64,000 bases of DNA from an uncultured delta proteobacterium (GTDB taxonomy: Bacteria; Desulfobacterota; Desulfomonilia; Desulfomonilales; Desulfomonilaceae). Shown piece after piece: positions 12,094 to 23,041 of the stretch. Under the pieces are notes generated by a model that worked only from the letters and a program-made list of their open reading frames with translations, had not been told where the DNA came from and did not search any database. The position numbers and the translations under genes were made by a program. The DNA is taken from assembly GCA_963789265.1 (NCBI GenBank), contig CAWBKB010000001.1, positions 128,001 to 192,000 on the forward strand, read 5' to 3'. Every line of letters starts with the position of its first letter. The stretch's first letter is position 1.

Positions 12094-12391
12094 TGTGGGG
12101 CGGACTTTCTAGTCCGTCGAATTTGGAAGAGAAATCGCAGACTGGAAAGTCTGCGCCACAGAAGTAGACCCCCCAAACCGCCGCGCACCCCAAAAAACTT
12201 GGGATTTGTTCCCCCCTTTCGCAAAGGGAGGCTAGGGGGGATCTCCGAATAACACATTGAAAATCCTCCTATAGCCATTGCCAAAAGTAATGACCTGTTC
12301 ACCACCCGTCACCCCGGTGAAAGCCGGGGTCCGGTCCCGCGAGGAACGCGAGATTGAAAAGACTGAATTCCGGCCTCCGCCGGAATGACGG
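12094..12391. repeat. Cluster of REP-like palindromic elements
   Basis: GTGGGGCGGACTTTCTAGTCCG...GCAGACTGGAAAGTCTGCGCCAC; a CCCCCCTTT...AAGGGAGG element; GTCACCCCGGTGAAAGCCGGGGTCC...TTCCGGCCTCCGCCGGAATGAC. Confidence 0.7.
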
Positions 12392-12460
12392 TGTGAGGCT
12401 AACTTCAATTGGACAAAACTTTTGGCAACGGGTATACAGGCTAAAGCAAGAGAAGCCCAC

Positions 12461-13228
12461 TCACTTGGGCGTGAACCGTTCATACTGGTCTTCGATAATC
12501 GTTCCTCTCGGTTTCGACTGCTGCAGTATTTCAACCACGGATTTGTGACCACGTGCTTTTGCCCAGTCTAGTGCAGTTTTTCCATCCCTGGCTCTGACTT
12601 TGGTATTAGCTCCTTTCTGTAAGAGAATCTTAACAATCTCGGCCCTCCCAAAGCCCGCGGCCAAAATCAGTGGGGTCCATCCGTCATTTGATTTTGCTTC
12701 CACATTTGCGCCGGCCTTGAGAAGAGCTTCCACACATGGAACGTGGTTGGCCCTGATGGCGAGATGCAGAGCCGTCATCCCGTATTTGTCGGCCAAGTTT
12801 AGTAGCGTGCGGTTCTGTATCAGCAGTTCCGTGACGCCCGGCTGGCCGTACCACGAAGCTTGATGCAGAGCCGTTTCACCGGAATTATCCCGGATTTGAA
12901 GGTTTGCGCCTTTCTTGACGAGGAGATCGACCATCTTGACGTAGCCCCATTGCGATGCCTTGATCAGGGCCGTTGCACCATACTTATCTTTGGCATTTAT
13001 CGATGCACCTTTCCCTAAGAGCTGAGCCACTGCCTCGAGATTGTTGTTATCTGCTGCGAGCAACAGCTCATCTTCCAACTGTCCTTTGCCAAGAGCTGGT
13101 TGAGGTGCGTTCATCAATCCTCTCTGAGGTGGAGCCGAGTGTCGCATCTCCGGTCGGCCCTGGGCAAAAATGGAAACAGTCTGACCGACCAAAGACAGCA
13201 TAAGGACTACAAGCAAAACGTGCCTCAT
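12461..13228 (-). CDS. Secreted ankyrin-repeat protein
   Basis: Signal peptide MRHVLLVVLMLSLV; repeats GATALIKA, GETALHQA, GMTALHLA, GWTPLILA. Confidence 0.92.
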   Translation of the reverse strand: MRHVLLVVLMLSLVGQTVSIFAQGRPEMRHSAPPQRGLMNAPQPALGKGQLEDELLLAADNNNLEAVAQLLGKGASINAKDKYGATALIKASQWGYVKMVDLLVKKGANLQIRDNSGETALHQASWYGQPGVTELLIQNRTLLNLADKYGMTALHLAIRANHVPCVEALLKAGANVEAKSNDGWTPLILAAGFGRAEIVKILLQKGANTKVRARDGKTALDWAKARGHKSVVEILQQSKPRGTIIEDQYERFTPK

Positions 13229-13272
13229 ATCATGACTCCCTTCGCGCGACTGGGTTGGCAGTTGGAGCAAGC

Positions 13273-14040
13273 TTATTTGGGTACGAACCGATTACCGCTC
13301 CGAGGTGAGAAAGTATTCATGCCCTTGGTCGCTTGCTCCAGTATTTTCACAATATCCGTATGGCCGGCTTGTCTGGCGTGATCCATTGCGGTTAAGCCCT
13401 GGTTATCCTGACTTTTCGGATTTGCTCCTTTCTTCAGGAGCAAGCGGACGATTTCCGGCTGCCCCCACGCGGCGGCGCAAATCAACGGTGTCCATCCATT
13501 TTGGGTTTTCGCCTCCAAGTCAGCTTGTTTTTCTATCATCAAGTTGGCGATCTGCGACCTGCTCGTGCTAATGGCACTCATGAGAGGGGTCAGCCCCGAT
13601 TGGTTAGGAGCATTCACGTCAGCGCCACGGTCCAACAATATCTGGGCAATGTCCAGATGGCCCATTTCCGCACTCGTATGAAGGCAGCACCAACCCCCGT
13701 CATCTCGAGCATTCACATCTGCTCCCTTTTCCAAAAGGAGCTTCGCCATTTCGGGAAATCCTCCGTACGCAGCCCACTTAAGCGGCCACCAGCCGTCTTT
13801 ATCGCGGGCATCAACTTGAGCGCCTGCTTTCAGTGCCCGAAGCGCCCCTGTCAAATCATCGAATTGCGACGCTTCCAGCAAGCGGGCATCTTCATTAGCG
13901 CCCTTGGTGACAAGGCTGTTCTCGACGAGGCTGTGTTGCCTCTCGGGACTTGTTTGCTTGAAAAGCTCACCGGGCTGTTGCGGGAAGGCTTGCCCGACGC
14001 CCAGAAAAGTCAATAAGGCCACTAAAATTGCGTTACGCAT
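13273..14040 (-). CDS. Secreted ankyrin-repeat protein
   Basis: Signal peptide MRNAILVALLTFLGVGQA; about 5 ankyrin repeats. Confidence 0.92.
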   Translation of the reverse strand: MRNAILVALLTFLGVGQAFPQQPGELFKQTSPERQHSLVENSLVTKGANEDARLLEASQFDDLTGALRALKAGAQVDARDKDGWWPLKWAAYGGFPEMAKLLLEKGADVNARDDGGWCCLHTSAEMGHLDIAQILLDRGADVNAPNQSGLTPLMSAISTSRSQIANLMIEKQADLEAKTQNGWTPLICAAAWGQPEIVRLLLKKGANPKSQDNQGLTAMDHARQAGHTDIVKILEQATKGMNTFSPRSGNRFVPK

Positions 14041-14186
14041 TGCGTTCTCCCTGTCCGATTATTGCGACAAAACCCGGTGACGTACGCCTTGCATGGGTGA
14101 GATCAGGTGAAGCTCGCCACCCTCATTTGAAGATCTACCGGAGAAAGTGTCAATCTGTTTCCTCCACCGGAATGAACGGATTTGCT

Positions 14187-14312
14187 CACCACAGAGGCAC
14201 AGAGTTCACGGAGAAGACCTTTAATTTCACCACAGAGACACGGAGGACACTGAGAAAGAAAAATAAAGGAAAAATAATGGCTTTCTCTGTGAACTCTGTG
14301 TCTCTGTGGTTA
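14187..14312. repeat. ACCACAGAG(A/G)CACAGAG-type long inverted repeat downstream of a CHAT gene
   Basis: ACCACAGAGGCACAGAGTTCAC...GTGAACTCTGTGTCTCTGTGGT. Confidence 0.8.
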
Positions 14313-14326
14313 TTTTTGTCTTTCTA

Positions 14327-17200
14327 TCACTTCACTTCCCCCACCAAAATAAACGGAGCCCAGTAAAACGGATGCTCATACCCTTCCGACCTGATCTCTT
14401 TCCGGGCCATTTGAAGGGCCTCTAGCCGGTTCTTGCCCTGTTTGATGTAAGACAAGAATTTCTCAGTCATCTTTGTGGTAGATACCTCAGAGACGCTCCA
14501 CAGGCTCATGAGCACGGATTTTGCGCCCGCATATTGAAAGGCCCTGCCCATTCCCATCGTTCCTTCGCCCTTGACCTCACGTCCAAGACCTGTCTGGCAA
14601 GCGGTCAGCGCGACAACATCCGCGCTCAGGTCCAAGGACATCACCTCGGACATTCTCAGGAAGCCATCCTTATCTTTTGGCTGGCCCACAAGAGTCAAGA
14701 TCAGCACCGGCTCCATGATCCCCGGCAAGCTTTCACCCACATAGCCGTGAGTTGCAAATACGACAGTCCGGTACCTATCAAGCTTTTCCTTGAACAAAAG
14801 CGGCTTGGAGGCATGCATTCCCGTAAATAAATCGGTCAGATCGGGCTGCAGCTTCTTCAGCGCCGTACCCAGATCTCCGGTAAGCGGGAGCCTGTTGAAA
14901 ACAAGTCCTGTTTCATTCTTGATGGACATCAGCTTGCCCGAAACGGACGCGAGAAGCTTCTGACGGCGTTTACGCTCCGCTTGAAGAAGACGAGGATCAT
15001 CGGATTGAAATACCGGATCGGCCATCACAAGGGTCCGGGGACCGGTTTTCTTGGTGTGTCCCAGGGTTCTGGCCAGGGTAAGTGCTGTCAGTGACTGATA
15101 ATAGGATATGGGGTTTCTATCCCCAAAATAGGCTACACCTTCAGGGTACGGCCGCGGTCCTGAAGTATTCCAGCCTGTCCCTTCCTTTATGACCAGCATC
15201 TCAAACGGGAGCACTCCGAGCATCCCGTCCGGGAGAATGATGAGGGGTTGACCCTCCGGAATGGATGCCAGAAAATCACCCACGAGCATATCAAACAGCT
15301 TCTTTCCGGTTCCCAGGGCATCCTTGAAGGCCAGGAGATTTTTTGGCGTAATTTCATCCATGTCCAGAGGCTTGCGGAAGGACCGGACGAGTTGATTAAG
15401 CTCTTTCCTGGCAATGGGTTTGAAAAGGGACTTGACCAGGGTTTTCCCTTTGAGAAGCCACATACAGATCCCCGTGTCCGTGACCTGATAGGCAAGAGTC
15501 CACTCATCGGGTTTTACCGCGGTCTGCTCCACATCCATGGGCTGGGGATACTTTGTCGCGGCAAAGAGGGGGTATTCCTTGCGAAGCATATCAATGTGAG
15601 ATTGAAGCTCGCTTTTGACTTGTTTTATTTGGGGTTCAACCGAGTCAATGACCTCGCGGTTCCCCTTTTCGTACCCGGCCTGCCTTTTCTTGATGAGAGA
15701 TGCCAGGTGGTCGTTCAGTTGCAGGTCCTCCTTCAGGACATCTCCCGGGACCTTTACGGTTGCTTCGGAGGAGCGCCTGGACATGGATTCGGCAAAGATC
15801 CTTGCTTTGGTGTATTCCGATTGCTTGAGAGCCTCGACCGGCTTGTTCAGCTTCATGAGGACCCGGGTGAGTCCTTCATAAGGTTCGGTCCTCGCAAATC
15901 CCATTACCTTCACGTCGAAGAACCTGGCCCGTTCAGCCGCGGAGAGACCAGCCCTCATCTCCTCGGATTGATCCACGGCCTTGGTGAAATATTCCGCAGC
16001 CTTGGGATAGTCTTGCATGCCTTCGTACGCGAGTGCGAGACCGACCCATGAAACGAAAAGTGCGGTGGTGTCTTTTCGTTTCTCAGCAAATTTCAGAAGC
16101 CCTTCAGAACCCTCCTTTGCTTTTTGGTAGTCTCCTTCGAGGAGATGATCTCGGACGTACAAGGGGAAGTAGAGCGGCCCGCCGATAATGGATTTGGCGT
16201 ACGACTCGGCTCTCTCAATGTCGCCTAGGTCAAAATATACGTTTGCAATTTCGAATCGTAGGCGAGGGTGAAAGAACCCTGTTCTCTTCCATGCTGCAAC
16301 GGCTTTTTGCAGCATGTCCAAGGCCGCCTTGTAGTCACCTCGCTCAGCCTGTACACGTCCAATCTCTCTCAGCCCAAACCCTTCGCCCTGTGCGTCACCA
16401 ATCTGCTTGGCCAAATCAGCGCTCTTTTGGCAGCATTCAGTTGCCCGGTCGTACTGACCAATCTCGCGGTACACCCTTCCCAGCATAAGAAACGCACTGG
16501 ATTCCTCTCTTGGGCTCCCCGTTTTGTGGGCTATTTCCAAGGACCCCCGGTACGATTCGATTGCTTCGTGGTATTGCCCTCTATCCTGGTAAAGCGCTCC
16601 CAGCATAAGAAGAGCGTCGCCTTCATCCCCCACCTTCCCACTGCTTTTGTAGATGGCCAATGCCTTTGCGCAGAACTGAGCCGCCTTGTCCTCTTCGCCG
16701 ATGTCCCGGTATACGTGCGCCAGTCGCACAAGGGCGTCTGCTTCAATCTCCGAATCCATCAACTTCAGAGCCACACCGAGAGCTTTGTCTAGGTATTCAG
16801 CGGCCTTGCGACTCTGTCCCCAATTCGCGTACGTTGATCCCATGCCCAAAAGACTCTCGGCTTCATTTCTTTTGTCACCGAGCTTCCTTCTGATTACGAT
16901 GGCCTTCTCATAATATTTCGCCGCCTTATTCCATTGACTCAAGCGCTCATGAGAGCACCCCAAGTCATGGTTTGCATCCCCGATTCCTTTGACGAATCCT
17001 ACCCTCTCGAAGATTCTCAAAGTTCGCTCCACCCTCCCCATAGCCCTGTCCAAGTCGTCTTTGGAGTGAGTTTTACTCTCTATCGCCAAACCTTCCCTAT
17101 AAAGCCTCATTCCTTCTTCTTTGGACTGCGCCCACACCGGGCAACTCAGAAAGGTGAAAACATAGCAAAGAGCGGCAAGGACTGGAATTATCTTCTTCAT
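14327..17200 (-). CDS. Secreted TPR-CHAT protease 1
   Basis: Signal peptide; six 40-aa TPR-like units; catalytic His (FATHG) and Cys (LTACQT); ends HPFYWAPFILVG. Confidence 0.95.
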   Translation of the reverse strand: MKKIIPVLAALCYVFTFLSCPVWAQSKEEGMRLYREGLAIESKTHSKDDLDRAMGRVERTLRIFERVGFVKGIGDANHDLGCSHERLSQWNKAAKYYEKAIVIRRKLGDKRNEAESLLGMGSTYANWGQSRKAAEYLDKALGVALKLMDSEIEADALVRLAHVYRDIGEEDKAAQFCAKALAIYKSSGKVGDEGDALLMLGALYQDRGQYHEAIESYRGSLEIAHKTGSPREESSAFLMLGRVYREIGQYDRATECCQKSADLAKQIGDAQGEGFGLREIGRVQAERGDYKAALDMLQKAVAAWKRTGFFHPRLRFEIANVYFDLGDIERAESYAKSIIGGPLYFPLYVRDHLLEGDYQKAKEGSEGLLKFAEKRKDTTALFVSWVGLALAYEGMQDYPKAAEYFTKAVDQSEEMRAGLSAAERARFFDVKVMGFARTEPYEGLTRVLMKLNKPVEALKQSEYTKARIFAESMSRRSSEATVKVPGDVLKEDLQLNDHLASLIKKRQAGYEKGNREVIDSVEPQIKQVKSELQSHIDMLRKEYPLFAATKYPQPMDVEQTAVKPDEWTLAYQVTDTGICMWLLKGKTLVKSLFKPIARKELNQLVRSFRKPLDMDEITPKNLLAFKDALGTGKKLFDMLVGDFLASIPEGQPLIILPDGMLGVLPFEMLVIKEGTGWNTSGPRPYPEGVAYFGDRNPISYYQSLTALTLARTLGHTKKTGPRTLVMADPVFQSDDPRLLQAERKRRQKLLASVSGKLMSIKNETGLVFNRLPLTGDLGTALKKLQPDLTDLFTGMHASKPLLFKEKLDRYRTVVFATHGYVGESLPGIMEPVLILTLVGQPKDKDGFLRMSEVMSLDLSADVVALTACQTGLGREVKGEGTMGMGRAFQYAGAKSVLMSLWSVSEVSTTKMTEKFLSYIKQGKNRLEALQMARKEIRSEGYEHPFYWAPFILVGEVK

Positions 17201-17244
17201 GACTCCTCCAGGCAGGACTCGAAGCGGAACGATTCCCTCAAAAT

Positions 17245-17275
17245 GTTAGTGGCAAAAGACTGTTCAAGATGACAC
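17245..17275 (-). promoter_or_regulatory. Putative ECF promoter GTGTCA-N19-ACTAAC
   Basis: Motif shared by 10 sites, oriented toward the gene starting at 17200. Confidence 0.72.
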
Positions 17276-17327
17276 CTGTAAACGATTATACGGGCTTCAT
17301 CGTGAAGTAGGTAAAGAATCCCGTGAA

Positions 17328-17566
17328 ATAATACCAGTGCGCCGTCAAACAAGTAACAATCTTAGACAAGATATGGTGGGATAGTCCCGCCCAGGCGGGA
17401 TTGCCTGTCGTCATGCCCGCGTACGCGGCTGTAGGGGCGAATGGCATTCGCCCTGGGCGACCGCCGGTCGCCCCTACCATCCCCGAATTGGAGTACGGGG
17501 CGACGAATGGCAGGCAGGATGCCTGCCCCACCAGAAACTCGGTGTCACTTACTTGAAAGCGAATTC
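17328..17566. repeat. Composite REP block, paralogous to 36587-36786 with its core inverted
   Basis: Same flanks in both copies; the core 17376-17531 matches the reverse complement of 36633-36750 at both ends. Confidence 0.75.
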
Positions 17567-17575
17567 GTATAACCC

Positions 17576-18226
17576 CTACTCCACGCCCAATCTCTTTGCC
17601 GGGGCTTTCTTTAACATCTCGGCTATTTCCGTGTACCCGAATAAATTGGCAAATTTTGCCGCATCAACACCTTGACGATCCTTGAGCGCGGGATTTGCCC
17701 CTTTTGCCAGCAGCTCTCTGACTACCGCCACCCTGCCGCTCGTGGCCGCGAACATCAAGGCCGACCAACCCGATTTCTGGGTCGCGTTCACGTCTGCCCC
17801 TTTTTCCAAAAGGAGTTTGACCACATCCGGGTAACCTTCTCGACTGGCCGCCATAAGAGCCGTAATGGCATCTTTGGTCTTAAGATTGGTATCTGCCCCT
17901 TTGTCCAAGAGAAGTTGGACTATCTGGATGAAACCCCGTTGAGAAGCATGAATCAGCGCGGTCGCTCCATTCCTGTCCCTGGCATCGACGCGGGCCCCTT
18001 GGTCCAATGCAGCGCCCACACCCGAGAAGAAGCCGGATGCGGCGTGCCTTATCATCTTATTTTCAGCTTGTCCCTTACTTATCAACCCGGAGAGGATTTC
18101 GGTCATATCCTGCTGGAGCTGGTCATAGGGCAGGGGAAGAGGATCTTCTCCGTGAGAGGGGAGCGCACCAACGAAGACGAACAATATCGCAGCCAACCAA
18201 AGAGCCTGTCTGGCCATGAGGATCAC
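17576..18226 (-). CDS. Secreted ankyrin-repeat protein
   Basis: Signal peptide; GATALIHA, ITALMAA, GWSALMFA repeats. Confidence 0.9.
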   Translation of the reverse strand: MILMARQALWLAAILFVFVGALPSHGEDPLPLPYDQLQQDMTEILSGLISKGQAENKMIRHAASGFFSGVGAALDQGARVDARDRNGATALIHASQRGFIQIVQLLLDKGADTNLKTKDAITALMAASREGYPDVVKLLLEKGADVNATQKSGWSALMFAATSGRVAVVRELLAKGANPALKDRQGVDAAKFANLFGYTEIAEMLKKAPAKRLGVE

Positions 18227-18275
18227 TCCTTCGGACGTTGTGTGTATTTATCGGCACCCTCCGATAGGTGCTAGC

Positions 18276-18635
18276 TTAACCCCGCGGGACGCGGGGTTCC
18301 CCCCTTTTGTAAAGGGGGGCAGGGGGGATTTTTGGATAACCTATTGAAAATCCCCCTAAATCCCCCTTTAGAAAAGGGGGACTTTGATCGCCCTCGGCCT
18401 GCATGGACCTCCTGGAAAGGAACGAAATTGCCTTAAGTAAACGCGAATGCGCGGGACGCTGGAATCCGCTGTAGGGGCAGACCCATGTGTCTGCCCCTAC
18501 ATGCGCCGGTTCAAGTCCGGGGTGACGAATGACCGGCAATCCCGCGTTCCGCGCGGGACGGTCCCACCAAGGAGATTGCTTCGCTTCGCTCGCAATGACA
18601 ATCTCTTGCCGGCAGGGACGCCGGCACTACCGTGC
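18276..18635. repeat. Cluster of REP-like palindromic elements
   Basis: AAATCCCCCTAAATCCCCCTTTAGAAAAGGGGG; GTAGGGGCAGACCCATGTGTCTGCCCCTAC; GAGATTGCTTCGCTTCGCTCGCAATGAC. Confidence 0.75.
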
Positions 18636-18673
18636 AACCGGCACCGTACCTTGTGAAACGCGGTAGTAAGGGC

Positions 18674-21600
18674 TTACCTTTTGTGCTTCTTCCACTTCTC
18701 TTTGAGCAACTTCCAACTGGCTTCTGTGGGAGTCATTGATTCCCCTTTCCCGAGAAATGCAGCAGGGTCGACGGTATCCAACACAACCAGCCTGGTAATG
18801 TAATTCGCGGCCGGGGTTGGTGCCTTTTTCTTCTGAGGTAGGATCCCGAGGTCGTCCGCCAGAGCTACCACCGGTCCGGGTCCTTCTACTCCTTTGGGAA
18901 TCGATTGTTTCAACGGTCGATGGGTCGCGACGAGGAGCATTCTTTCAGATCCCGGTTTTCCCGTAGCTTTGAGCGTCAGCCGGCACCACTCGTCGCTATG
19001 CACGAGCTTCGGCTGAGCCCGATCGACGGGAAAAAGCAATTGCAACGCACCGGACGCATCCATCTTGAAAGCATACAGATAAACATCGCGCGACGGCCGA
19101 ACTCGCACCTCGAACGGCTTTCCCAGCGCAAATTCGGGTAATCCGGTAATGTCCGGGCTATATTTGACCTCCAGCGAGGCTGAGCCCCGCTTTGTGAGTC
19201 CTCGGATGCGGCTCAATACGCCAACTGTTTTTATGGATTCGCTGATTTGTTGCGCCAGCGCCTGCGTATTTGTACCGGCGTCCAGCTTGAACCTTCCGTA
19301 GACCTCGTTCCTGTGGTTCATGACAAGGATCTCATTCCCGTCTGTGGTGTCGCCGAAATTGACGGTAACGTCGTCGAGCTGGTTGAAAGAGGTCACAGTT
19401 CTGAACAAGTTGCTTGAGGCAATGTTCCGGTCCACAAGTTTTGCGACAGCCATCATAGATTCGTTGCCCATAGCCTTTACGAGAAGTCTAACGGGAGTCT
19501 TGTCCAGGGACTTTGTTACGGGATGTTTGCCTACCCTGGTCTTGTACATTCCTCTTCCAAACGTCGAAGCGTACAGAGTGTCACCTTTCATGATCAGGTG
19601 CGTCACCGGCGCAAAAGCCAATCCTCTGTTCATGGGTTCCCAGTGCTCGCCGAGGTCGGCGGTGGTATATACTCCTAAATCGGTTCCCAGATAGAGCCTC
19701 TTGGGATCTCTGGGATCGAATATCACAGAGTTGACGGGCAGGTTCGTCGGCAGATCCGAGGTTACGGCCTTCCAGCTTTTCCCACCATCTGTGGTTCGCC
19801 AGGCCTGTTTCACTCCTTGCCTCGTATAAGTGACAAACACGCAATTCGGATCTTTCGGCCTTACCGAAATGCAGCTTATCCACGCACCGCGCGGAAGCGC
19901 ATCCTGCCCGACACGCTCAAATTTGGCTTCCTGAGCATCCGTATCCCGGCACACGAACAAAGCCCCGTCTGAGGACCCAACCCAGACTGTCCTGCTATTG
20001 GAGGGGTCCAACGCGATCCACGATATTGCCACCCAGGGAGAAGGCGCTCCCGCTGTGAGGTTTCCCGAGATGGCTTGCCAGGGGGCCGGAAGCTGTTTTC
20101 CATACGCTCTGAATTTGGTGTTGCGGTAGAGTCGGGTGGTCCCAGCCAGGGCATGATTTCCATCTTTGGGGTCTACGATGAACGGCGCAATAAACAGCCT
20201 GTAGTCCCTCTTATCAATTCCATTGGTGACAAACGCGAATTGATTTCCGTGAAGCCGCCAAATTTGGAGGTGATAGATCGATCCATACTTCAAGCTAGGG
20301 ACCTGCTGATCCCAAGCGCAAAATCCTCCGTCACCTCCGCCTGCCAACGCCCAGTCTTTAGGGTCTCCGCCCAGCCAAACAGGTGTGGCATTGTCCTGTG
20401 CACCGGCAATGATGCTCTCTTTTTGGGGATGCAGCGCAAAATTATAGAATTGGGTAATCGGTAACTGGGCTTTGGACTGGTTCCAGGTGCGGCCCGAGTC
20501 CCGACTTACAAACAGGCCGCCATCCGTGCATGCATAGACTGTCGAGGGCTTGAAAGGCGAGAATTGGATCTTGTGTATGTCCGCGTGAACATAGGAAAGA
20601 TTCCGGCTGTCGAAAAAATGGACATTCCATCTGGACACCTTTTCTACTGTTTTCCCTCCATCTTCGCTCCTGAACAAGTCTATCCCCCCAAGGATTATGA
20701 GGTTCGAATTCTTCGGGTCCACACCAATTGCATGTGCATACCATTGCTGTCCCCCAGTGTACTTTGTTTGCTGCTTCTCGTCGAAATAGGCTAGATAATC
20801 GAGCCCACCCGGAACTCGCCTGTACATTTGCTGCCAGGATGCCCCTCGATCTTTGGACCGGTATAGCGCAAGAGCGCCGCCTGTTTCCGCTTGGCCGGGA
20901 ACTTGCGGATTTCCTATCGAGGCGTATATTGTGCCGTCGCTTGCCCCGATTCCGAGAGCAATCCTTCCCGGCTGCACCGTGAGGTCCGGAAATTGGACCT
21001 TCTTCCAGGAACTTTCGGCGCCGTCCTTGTGACTCACAATGACCGTACCCGGAAGATGAGCCCACCCCTGGCCATAGGAGACGTAAAGCACGTCCGGATG
21101 CGTAGGATCGATGACCATGTCGGTTACCATCCCGCCTTTGCCCTCGATGGTGAAAGTGCGCTCCCAGGTTCTTCCGTCATCGGTCGAGCGCAGAATGCCA
21201 TAGTGATCTCCGACCAGAACAACTCCGGGCCGGGCCGGGTTCGTTACTATCTGATAGATCGGGATCGAGACCAAGGCGGGACCGCCCCCCGCGGTCTTCA
21301 CCGGTTCCCAAGTCTCGCCCGCGTCTTCGCTCAGGAGAATCCCCGCACCAATCGGTCGGGTCGTTCCCGAGCCAAACACATCTCCGCTGCCGGCAAACAT
21401 CTTTGACTGGTTTTTAGTTGACAAAGCCAGGGTATCAACAGTGAGCACGGAGAGAAAATCCCGACTTATGTTCCAGGTCTTCCCTCCATCACCGGTTTTC
21501 CAGATCCCCCCGCCCGGCAAAGCTATCCACATCACGGAGGGATCTTTCGGACGAAAGAGCAGGTCGGTGATTCGCCCCCCCACAAACGCCGGCCCCAACG

Positions 21601-21989
21601 AGGTCCACTGAGGATCGGGGGTTTTTCTGAAATCCTTTATCCTTTTGTCGAGGAGAATCGTGGACTCTTTGGCCTGAAGATAGGCAACGGGATCGAACTT
21701 GCCATTTGCGCCAACCCTTTGTCTGAATCTCAATTCAGCCAATTCCTCAGGGAACATGCCGCGTTGCAGGCGATTCCATTTGGCCTCGGCCTCCTCGCTC
21801 TCGTCCTCGACACCCGGAAGACGAATATGCACTTTTTGGGCCGATTGATTTTCAATATCTCTCGAAGGGAGATTTGAAATAGCAAAATGTTTCAATTTCA
21901 ATTCGGCTGAGCATTCAGATTGCATAAGTGCCGGCGCTAAGAGGACAAGAAACAGCCAGGAATAAGTTCAAGCGAAGGCTCGTGCTCAT
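18674..21989 (-). CDS. Secreted BNR/Asp-box beta-propeller protein with C-terminal DUF4384-like domain (1-bp indel in the signal peptide)
   Basis: Many (S/T)xDxGxTW boxes; tail VRVRPSRDVYLYAF...LLFP...GSERMLLVAT. ATG 21989 gives a signal peptide if one T is removed near 21949. Confidence 0.82.
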
Positions 21990-22026
21990 GTTTTATGACC
22001 TCTGCATGGCAAAAAAGCAGCAAATT

Positions 22027-23031
22027 CTAACGGCTCTTGGGCTTGCCTGCTGCGCATGGGGATTCGGGAATAAGGCCTTCCACTCTTATGTCCTTTTCAC
22101 CACTTGTCTGACCCATGTTCCAGATCACGACTCTGCGGTTGAACCGATCTATTTTGGGCCAGTTTTGTCGGGCATTCCCTTCCCTGGGAATGGTGGGACT
22201 GAATTTCCCATAACTTACAGGCACAAATTGAATATCAGTAATGCCCCATCTGTTTTTCAAGTAATCTGTAACAGCTTTGGCCCGCTCACCTCCGAGCCTG
22301 CAATTGTACTGTGCGCCTCCTGCCTCGTCGGTATGGCCTTCGACAATGATGGTTGAACCCGAGAAGTCAGAGCCCTTCAAGCCTTTGCCTATTGCGTCCA
22401 GACGCTTCTTGGACCCATTGCCCAGGACGGACTTTGCGATATCAAAGTAGACTTCAAGACGGTTCAATTTCACGCGATCTTTTCTCGCGATGGCCTTATC
22501 CACCGTGAGAGTCTTTTTGACCGTTCCAGGTGAATAGACCACGGAAAAAAATGCTTCGGCGTTGTCAATGAGGCTTTGCTCCAGACCTTTGTTCCGCCGG
22601 TTGCTCAGCGCGCGGTAGATGTTCAAATGGATCAGGGCCTGTTCGGCATTTCCTTTGTCTCTGTAAAGATTGCTCAGCAGCAAATTGGTCTGGGCAAGGT
22701 CCGCCACAGAATCCTCAATTAGCGCACTTCTAAATCGATTGGCCTGAAGGAGCCATTCAAAGGCTTTGTCCGGTTCTTTGCGATCATAGTAGAGCTTACC
22801 GAGCTTATAGTAGCCGTCCGCATGATTTCCGTGCGATGGACAGGTCGCGAACGCTCGCTCGAAAAGATCTATCTTCTCCTGGGGCGAGGATGCCTTAAGA
22901 GCCTTGCGATACATCGCGTCGGCTTCCAGGTATTTCCGGTCGGAACAACCAGCTTGAGCGCAATCCCCGTAAAAAGCAAAGCAGATAAGTGTCACGGCAA
23001 CGATGTTAACGATTCGTAAAAAGGATCTCAT
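22027..23031 (-). CDS. Secreted TPR + OmpA-C domain protein A
   Basis: Signal peptide; TPR helices; VEGHTD...YN..LG..RA...NRRV. Confidence 0.9.
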   Translation of the reverse strand: MRSFLRIVNIVAVTLICFAFYGDCAQAGCSDRKYLEADAMYRKALKASSPQEKIDLFERAFATCPSHGNHADGYYKLGKLYYDRKEPDKAFEWLLQANRFRSALIEDSVADLAQTNLLLSNLYRDKGNAEQALIHLNIYRALSNRRNKGLEQSLIDNAEAFFSVVYSPGTVKKTLTVDKAIARKDRVKLNRLEVYFDIAKSVLGNGSKKRLDAIGKGLKGSDFSGSTIIVEGHTDEAGGAQYNCRLGGERAKAVTDYLKNRWGITDIQFVPVSYGKFSPTIPREGNARQNWPKIDRFNRRVVIWNMGQTSGEKDIRVEGLIPESPCAAGKPKSR

Positions 23032-23041
23032 GGAGAACTGC

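Noticed and set aside
17542..17572. GTGTCA-N19-GTATAA here and GTGTCA-N19-GCATAA at 36761 as promoter copies
   Set aside because: They lack ACT and point antisense into gene ends; they are part of a duplicated block, so not independent.
18276..18656. Short ORFs over REP clusters (also 12072-12552, 17286-17531, 32081-32717)
   Set aside because: They are translations of palindromic repeats and lack RBS or domain evidence.
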